Shown here: in pieces, positions 44,770-49,767 of the stretch
Position numbering within the stretch: position 1 is the stretch's first letter
Layout of the letters: every line of letters begins with the position of its first letter
Virus record (IMG/VR): IMGVR_UViG_3300014968_000003
Location: 1-49,767 of that record
From: a virus
Direction: 5' to 3' (one strand)
Length of the DNA stretch: 49,767 nt
The notes under the pieces: generated by a model
Database searches by the model: none
What the model was told of the DNA's origin: nothing
What the model saw: the letters and a program-made list of their open reading frames with translations, nothing else
Program-made: the position numbers and the translations under genes

Positions 44770-45952
44770 TGCGTTTTATCTCCAGGTATTTTCCATAAGC
44801 TTCGCTCTTAGGCTGAGTTAAACCGAGTCCCTTGCACCAATGATCGTTACGCAATAACACCTTACACATTCTTCGCCAACTCGGAGCCCATTGAGCATCT
44901 TCAAGGATCTTCGGAACCTCATCTGGAATCTCACTATAACCACGCCCACGCCAGCCTTTGATGAAACTTCGAAAGCGACTGATGTAATGATCTCGCGTAG
45001 ACTTCGGAAGTGATTGGAGAAGAAGATTGCAGAAAGTTCGCCAGGTATGACCGTCTGGTTTTGTAATCTTGTTGTAGCCCATTATATTGCCGTTTTCTTC
45101 AATGTAGAGAGCTCCGAAATTCGCCCCATTAACACGAGCAATAAGACGGTACCACGTCTTCGGCTCCAGAACATGATAGAGCCATAAGCCCTTTCGCTGG
45201 TCGTCTCCATATGGCTGACAGAGACGTTGCTGCGAGAGCTTAACGCCAGCACGATACATTTGGTCGTAAATGGAATTGTGGGGGAGCGAAGGATTTTGAG
45301 CATGAAATCTCCAGATATCTTCAGTTTTCCAATCGTAAATGGGATAAACGTTGAAGAGTTGATCTTCGATTCCGGTAGTCCATCGTTTGCCTTGAAACAT
45401 CACTTTATCGAAGATAGCAATGGTACGAAATCGATTCAGACTCTCATCAGCCCGAATCCCAACAAATCCTGCCGTCCGCGCACCTTGAGCATACCAAAGG
45501 CCCCAAAGAACGATGATTTCTTCAAATTCCATGCCGGGAACAAACCAAGGATAATCCTTTGCTGTCTTTGCACAAGTCGGCATTTCGCGAACCCAGATAT
45601 CACGCTTCGATTCATCCCAGGGAATCCATCGCGGTTCAAAGTGAGTGACGGCGTTACGAAGTAGAATCGGAAGACAGCACCAGTGGAGATCAATGTGCGA
45701 TTTATAGAGTCGAATCATTTCTTCGATGTGTCGGATAGTAGCGGTATATTGGGCTTCCAGATCGACGATGAGGACGCCGATTATGCGATTCCTTCGGACG
45801 GCCTCTTCCATCACCAGATGGAAAGTGACGGAACTATCCTTACCCCCGCTGAACGAGACATAAACCTTCTCAAAATGATCGAAGATGAATGAAATACGCT
45901 CCCGAGTGGCTGTAAGAACGTCGATATCAGAATAACGCTTGAGATTCGGCAT
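44753..45952 (-). CDS. PAPS reductase / PP-loop ATP pyrophosphatase family protein, IbrA-like (with a DUF3440-type C-terminal region)
   Basis: PP-loop VSFSGGKDSSV. 399 aa. ATGA coupling to the upstream ParB-like gene. Confidence 0.75.
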   Translation of the reverse strand: MPNLKRYSDIDVLTATRERISFIFDHFEKVYVSFSGGKDSSVTFHLVMEEAVRRNRIIGVLIVDLEAQYTATIRHIEEMIRLYKSHIDLHWCCLPILLRNAVTHFEPRWIPWDESKRDIWVREMPTCAKTAKDYPWFVPGMEFEEIIVLWGLWYAQGARTAGFVGIRADESLNRFRTIAIFDKVMFQGKRWTTGIEDQLFNVYPIYDWKTEDIWRFHAQNPSLPHNSIYDQMYRAGVKLSQQRLCQPYGDDQRKGLWLYHVLEPKTWYRLIARVNGANFGALYIEENGNIMGYNKITKPDGHTWRTFCNLLLQSLPKSTRDHYISRFRSFIKGWRGRGYSEIPDEVPKILEDAQWAPSWRRMCKVLLRNDHWCKGLGLTQPKSEAYGKYLEIKRNARSS

Positions 45953-47052
45953 CAGTAGAGGTTAGCCTCCGTCTTCGATTGAGCTTCGTCCATCGTCAAT
46001 TGCTTTCTTCCATTCAGCATCAGCCACATATTGAGCCACTTCAAAGCAACTTCGTTGGCTGTTTGTTGTTGAGATTCCGATAAGAGATTGAAGCCTCCAC
46101 GGAAGATAGAAGGTATTCCGTGAACTACGCAAAGAGACGCTTGACCAAGCCAAGCGATACGGTTCATACGCTCATTGGTTAGATAGTGCTCACAGCTTTT
46201 AGACCATTCAAGAATCACTCTCTGAAGAGCAGATTCAAAAGCCGGAATGTCAGCAAGCATCGATCGATAGATCTCTTCGCAATCCTCTTTCGTGAGTTCC
46301 CCCGGCGGTTTCGATTCATAAAAACCTGCCGGATAACATTCCCATTTATCCCAGGTATGCAGAATACGCCCAGCTTCCAACTCAATCGAATCGCCATCTT
46401 CAGCGAGAGGAATGAAATCGTCCTGAAGATCATCCACATCCCAAGATTTTGAAAAATCGGAATCGGCAAAAAGCTCTGCAATGCCGGTTATCTGGCATAA
46501 ACGGAGAACTTCATCCGGTTCCATTCCCAGATTCTTGCTGATCTTTTCGTCGCTCCAATTTCGTCGCTTCAGTTCGATCACAATATCGCTCATGGAATCG
46601 ACTTTATGTTTCCCACGGGCTCGATTGTGGCGGATAGTAGCAGCCATCCGATCAGCCTTATCGAAGCGATTTTCGTTAATGGTGACTATTGGAAGATAAC
46701 CATGAATACGGCGGTTTACGTCCGGCATTTCGCGCCCAACCCGATGACGATGGAAGCCATCTACTACTTCAAATTGAAGTTGATCGGGCATCGTTACGAT
46801 AGGTTGAGTGTAGCCATCTGCCAGAATGCTCAGTCGTAGGAGTTCCATCTCCGGAGGAGCCACTTCATTGGGGTTATAATCGTTGGCCCGAAGCGCTTCG
46901 ACCGGCACCCATCGAACGAAATCAACCGGCTCAGACTTGAAGGGACTGATCTCATGGAGAGCTTCCCTAATCAAATTGAGATTTTCGACTAAAACTTCCG
47001 TATCGCTGGTGGGAATCTTGCTGATGAGAGCCAATATCGATTCGACAATCAT
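45952..47052 (-). CDS. ParB-like nuclease domain protein, IbrB-like
   Basis: VPVEALRANDYNPNEV...ADGYTQPIV...VVDGFHRHRVG. The ATG at 47052 has a GGAG RBS; the track start at 47112 is TTG. Confidence 0.7.
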   Translation of the reverse strand: MIVESILALISKIPTSDTEVLVENLNLIREALHEISPFKSEPVDFVRWVPVEALRANDYNPNEVAPPEMELLRLSILADGYTQPIVTMPDQLQFEVVDGFHRHRVGREMPDVNRRIHGYLPIVTINENRFDKADRMAATIRHNRARGKHKVDSMSDIVIELKRRNWSDEKISKNLGMEPDEVLRLCQITGIAELFADSDFSKSWDVDDLQDDFIPLAEDGDSIELEAGRILHTWDKWECYPAGFYESKPPGELTKEDCEEIYRSMLADIPAFESALQRVILEWSKSCEHYLTNERMNRIAWLGQASLCVVHGIPSIFRGGFNLLSESQQQTANEVALKWLNMWLMLNGRKQLTMDEAQSKTEANLY

Positions 47053-47134
47053 CGTAGGAACTCCAAGATCATCCAGAAAACGAAGGCTTCCGTCGCTAGA
47101 GTATAGAGGCAAAAACGAAATTCAAATTTCATCG

Positions 47135-47163
47135 TTGACATAAACGTCAATATAGATTAGAAC
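47135..47163 (+). promoter_or_regulatory. Candidate sigma70-type promoter TTGACA-17-TAGAAC, overlapping the inverted repeat TTGAC-ATAAAC-GTCAA
   Basis: Read directly in the divergent region. An AAGGAG RBS precedes the ATG at 47194. Confidence 0.35.
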
Positions 47164-47193
47164 TGTGATTGCGTCAACCAATAAAGGAGATTT

Positions 47194-47961
47194 ATGCCAA
47201 CAACTTTGACCATCGATTTGGATTCGTTGAGTTCCGAAAGCGCCCAGCGAATCTCAGCAATGATCCTCGCATATGCGGGGTTGGAAGCGCCTGAAACAGA
47301 GATTCACTATGAAGGTGATGAAGCTCCGGAAGTGATGATCAACTTCAATCAGACTCCAGCCCCATTACCCGAACCATCAGCAGCTGAAGCGTTCGGTTCT
47401 GGTCCTCAATTGGTGCTTCCAAACCCTTCCTTGCCGCAGGATGCGAATGCGAATGCCATTTCGTCGAATTCACCTACTGCGGCACCTACGGTAAATGTAT
47501 CAACTGCGACGGCCCTTGCTAATGTTCAACTCGATAGCCATGGGCTTCCTCATGATCCTCGCATCCATTCGAAGGAGAAAACCTTCACCAAGGAAGGATC
47601 CTGGCGCATCCGCCGTGGACTTCCGGACGGTTACGCGGAGAAAGTCACGGAAGAGAATCGTAAGCTAATGGCGATTCCTTCGCTCGCTCAAAGTGCAGCT
47701 CCACTTCCACCCCCGCCTCCAATTGTGGCTTCAGTTCCGATGCCTCCACCCCCTCCCTCTGATCCAATGGCTTTCGTTAACCTCGCTACGAAGGTGACTT
47801 CGGCCATCTCATCGAAGCAACTCACTCCCGATCAAGTGCAGAAAGTAGCGGAAAGCGTTGGGCTCGCCACCTTCATGCAGCTCGCCGTCAGACAGGATCT
47901 TGTGTCGGCAGTGACTCCACTCATTGACGCTCTATTGGCCGGCAATGCGTCCGCTCAGTAA
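47194..47961 (+). CDS. Hypothetical Pro-rich protein
   Basis: AAGGAG RBS. Conserved-looking HGLPHDPRIHSKEKTFTKEGSWRIRRGLPDGY segment. Confidence 0.6.
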   Translation: MPTTLTIDLDSLSSESAQRISAMILAYAGLEAPETEIHYEGDEAPEVMINFNQTPAPLPEPSAAEAFGSGPQLVLPNPSLPQDANANAISSNSPTAAPTVNVSTATALANVQLDSHGLPHDPRIHSKEKTFTKEGSWRIRRGLPDGYAEKVTEENRKLMAIPSLAQSAAPLPPPPPIVASVPMPPPPPSDPMAFVNLATKVTSAISSKQLTPDQVQKVAESVGLATFMQLAVRQDLVSAVTPLIDALLAGNASAQ

Positions 47962-48109
47962 CGACGAAAAACGCGCTCAATTTCGTGTGCTTGAGGAAAT
48001 CCGGAAGGTAACGAGCACTCCTCGATTCCGATTCCTCAAGCATGAGGAGCAACGCTGGCTTATCAAAGAAGCGATTGAGAAGCACGCTTCGATGGAGAAC
48101 GATGACTGA
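47945..48109 (+). CDS. Hypothetical 54-aa protein
   Basis: The ATG at 47945 overlaps the end of the previous gene. Confidence 0.4.
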   Translation: MRPLSNDEKRAQFRVLEEIRKVTSTPRFRFLKHEEQRWLIKEAIEKHASMENDD

Positions 48110-49232
48110 CCATGCTTATCTACCGCCTTCCGCTGCGCATACGTGGTCTGAATGCGCACTTTGGGCAACCATGAACGCCAAGTATCCTCAAGAATCCAGT
48201 TCCGAAGCAGATGAAGGTTTTGCTGCACATTGGGTAGCTTGGGAGATGCTTGTGGGTTCTCCAATGACCCTCAACACGCCGGCCCCCAACGGCCTCCTGA
48301 CCACTGAAGAGATGCTTGAAGGTGGCGACCTGATTGTCGACTGCATCAGTACTCGCAGTAATGGTAATCAGGTTCACGTCGAAGAGCGCATTTCAATCAG
48401 CTCCATCGCTCCCGGTATGTTCGGCACTCCCGACGCTTGGAGTTTCGACGCAAAGCTCTGTCATCTGGAGATCTTCGATTACAAATTTGGCCATCGCTTC
48501 GTCGACGAATACTGGAATCCACAGGGGTTGTGCTACCTCTCAGGGATCGTCGATGTACTTTCAACTCTCTATAAGGTGCCTCCAACTGATTGGGAACCAT
48601 ATATGACAGTGGCTTTCACTGTTGTACAACCTCGCTGTTTCTATCGTGGCAATCCGGTTCGTACACATGAATTTCGCTTATCGGAATGTCGCTCTTACTT
48701 CAATGCATTAGCCAATGCAGCGGAGGCTTCTCGTGTTGCAAATCCGATTGCCAAAACGAACGAACATTGCGGAGACTGTCCGGGACGGCACTCGTGCTCA
48801 GCGCTTCAAAAAGCGGCATACGCTGCTGCCTCTTATAGCTCTAAACGTAATGTTGTGGAGCTTACTCCTAGTGACGCTGCTCTTGAGCTTAAAATGCTGT
48901 CTACTGCTCTGGGCTCTCTTACGGCTAGAGTAGAAGGTCTGAAGGAACTGACGATTCAGAATCTCACGAACGGTAAGCAGGTTCCTTATTACCGTGCTGA
49001 ACCCGGTCAAGGTCGGCAAACATGGAATGTTCCGGCTGCTCAAGTAATTGCTTTGGGTCAGATCAGCGGCATCAGTCTTGCCAAGCAGCCGGAAGCTGTC
49101 ACCCCCAATCAAGCCAAGAAACTTGGAGTCAATGAGGCCCTTGTGAATAGCCTCAGCTTCACTCCGTCAACCGCAACCAGGCTTATCCCTGAAACAGCAT
49201 CCGATGCCGCGAAGGTATTTGGAAGGAGTTAG
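48102..49232 (+). CDS. PD-(D/E)XK nuclease, DUF2800 / Cas4-RecB-like, with a C-terminal Cys cluster
   Basis: MTDHAYLPPSAAHTWSECALW N-terminus; LEIFDYKFG core; CGDCPGRHSC. ATG at 48102. Confidence 0.65.
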   Translation: MTDHAYLPPSAAHTWSECALWATMNAKYPQESSSEADEGFAAHWVAWEMLVGSPMTLNTPAPNGLLTTEEMLEGGDLIVDCISTRSNGNQVHVEERISISSIAPGMFGTPDAWSFDAKLCHLEIFDYKFGHRFVDEYWNPQGLCYLSGIVDVLSTLYKVPPTDWEPYMTVAFTVVQPRCFYRGNPVRTHEFRLSECRSYFNALANAAEASRVANPIAKTNEHCGDCPGRHSCSALQKAAYAAASYSSKRNVVELTPSDAALELKMLSTALGSLTARVEGLKELTIQNLTNGKQVPYYRAEPGQGRQTWNVPAAQVIALGQISGISLAKQPEAVTPNQAKKLGVNEALVNSLSFTPSTATRLIPETASDAAKVFGRS

Positions 49233-49238
49233 ACTTTC

Positions 49239-49532
49239 ATGCCAACAAAGAAAAAGTATGTGATTGTACGTACCTATTCGGCGGGAGTTTTCGCCGGATT
49301 TCTTCACTCACGAATGGGTCGGGAAGTCGTACTGACCGACGCCCGAAGGTTATGGTATTGGGCGGGTGCGGCAAGTCTTTCACAGATGGCCGTCAGTGGA
49401 ACTTCTAAACCCAAAAATTGTAAATTTCCGGTAGAAGTTCCGCGTGTTGAATTGCTTGAAGCGATTGAAATTTTGGATACAACTTCCCTTGCCGAAAAAT
49501 CAATCCGCGAGGTGCCCGAGTGGAAACAATAA
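49239..49532 (+). CDS. Hypothetical protein of the DUF2800/DUF2815 replication module
   Basis: ATG 6 nt after the upstream stop; compact globular-looking sequence. Confidence 0.55.
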   Translation: MPTKKKYVIVRTYSAGVFAGFLHSRMGREVVLTDARRLWYWAGAASLSQMAVSGTSKPKNCKFPVEVPRVELLEAIEILDTTSLAEKSIREVPEWKQ

Positions 49533-49693
49533 CTCACGGCTCCGGCTCCGGCGACGGCTCCGGCTCCGGCTACGGCTCCGGCGACGGATACGGCGACGGA
49601 TACGGCGACGGCTCCGGCGACGGCTCCGGCGACGGCTACGGCTCCGGCTACGGCTCCGGCTCCGGCGACGGCTCCGGCGACGGCAAAGGATAA
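49520..49693 (+). CDS. Candidate 57-aa micro-protein METITH-(Gly-X)25-G, with X = Ser, Asp, Tyr or Lys
   Basis: GTG at 49520 lies 7 nt after GAGG. The frame runs to TAA at 49691-49693, just ahead of the SSB gene. Gly occupies every second position across 51 residues. All frames are open, so coding is unproven. Confidence 0.3.
   Translation: METITHGSGSGDGSGSGYGSGDGYGDGYGDGSGDGSGDGYGSGYGSGSGDGSGDGKG
49538..49684. repeat. Tandem hexanucleotide tract (GGC/GGA-TCC/GAC/TAC)n, about 24 units; its last 40 bp recur at 1-40
   Basis: Read directly. Only four hexamer types occur, each using a single codon for Ser, Asp or Tyr. Confidence 0.9.
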
Positions 49694-49767
49694 AAACATT
49701 TAGTCCAAGTGACTTTAAGCAAAGGTAAATACACACAATGGCAGATCGCGTATCAATCACAAGTCCC
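49645..49767. repeat. Second copy of the 123-bp terminal redundancy
   Basis: Identical to 1-123. Confidence 0.9.

Noticed and set aside
49469-49540. -1 frameshift fusing the 97-aa ORF (49239-49532) to the Gly-X tract
   Set aside because: The Gly-X frame is the -1 frame and is open from 49469. However, no X_XXY_YYZ heptamer exists in the overlap: GAA AAA TCA is not in a slippery register.
49538-49684. CRISPR array
   Set aside because: The period is 6 nt with no spacers, and there are no cas genes. It is a simple tandem or coding repeat.
49304-49760. Track ORFs of 131 aa (Ala/Val/Gly-rich, minus strand), 94 aa and 86 aa (Arg/Leu or Arg/Ser-rich) across the hexamer tract
   Set aside because: They are alternative-frame readings of the same GGC-NNC repeat, with no RBS or start context and extreme low complexity. 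Only the Gly-X frame has plausible start and stop context.

Overview
The window is a complete genome of a tailed dsDNA phage. Bases 1-123 repeat exactly at 49645-49767, so the unique length is 49,644 bp and the molecule is circular or circularly permuted. All calls below come from reading motifs, gene order and start/stop context; no database search was run, so family names are recollections to be confirmed.

Layout:
- Plus-strand replication/recombination arm, wrapping the junction (47194 -> 4467): PD-(D/E)XK DUF2800-like nuclease, a (Gly-X)n micro-ORF/hexamer repeat, a gp2.5/DUF2815-like SSB, a ParB-like protein, a family B DNA polymerase and an HNH endonuclease.
- One long minus-strand late operon (34095 -> 4541): TerS, TerL, portal, Mu F-like protein, scaffold, decoration-like protein, major capsid, connectors, sheath, tube, frameshifted chaperone, tape measure, Mu-like baseplate and tail fibre.
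- A short opposite-strand accessory island (27240-28304) interrupts the late operon and carries a superinfection-immunity-type membrane protein.
- Plus-strand early small genes (34403-37777).
- Minus-strand replication/DNA-modification arm (47052 -> 37755): IbrB-like ParB, IbrA-like PAPS reductase, SF2 helicase, GIY-YIG endonuclease, C5 methyltransferase, DUF3307-like protein, VRR-NUC nuclease, TetR-like regulator and primase-helicase.

I saw no integrase, CI-like repressor, canonical tRNA, CRISPR array or reverse transcriptase.

Most unusual items:
1. A ~190-nt intergenic RNA-like element with tRNA-like D and T arms, closed by a 17-bp helix that pairs fully only in the minus-sense transcript.
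2. A perfectly alternating (Gly-X)25 micro-ORF made of GGC-NNC hexamers, sitting at the assembly junction.
3. A ~60-aa domain present five times in three virion proteins.
4. An IbrA/IbrB-like ParB + PAPS-reductase pair inside a modification cluster.
5. A signal-peptide-bearing SGNH tail protein plus a lipoprotein inserted into the baseplate block.
6. A terminator-like hairpin between terS and terL.
7. TACCCCG operator-like repeats in the early/late control region.

The ORF track translates GTG/TTG starts as M. Several starts were therefore moved to ATG codons that have Shine-Dalgarno or stop/start coupling support.
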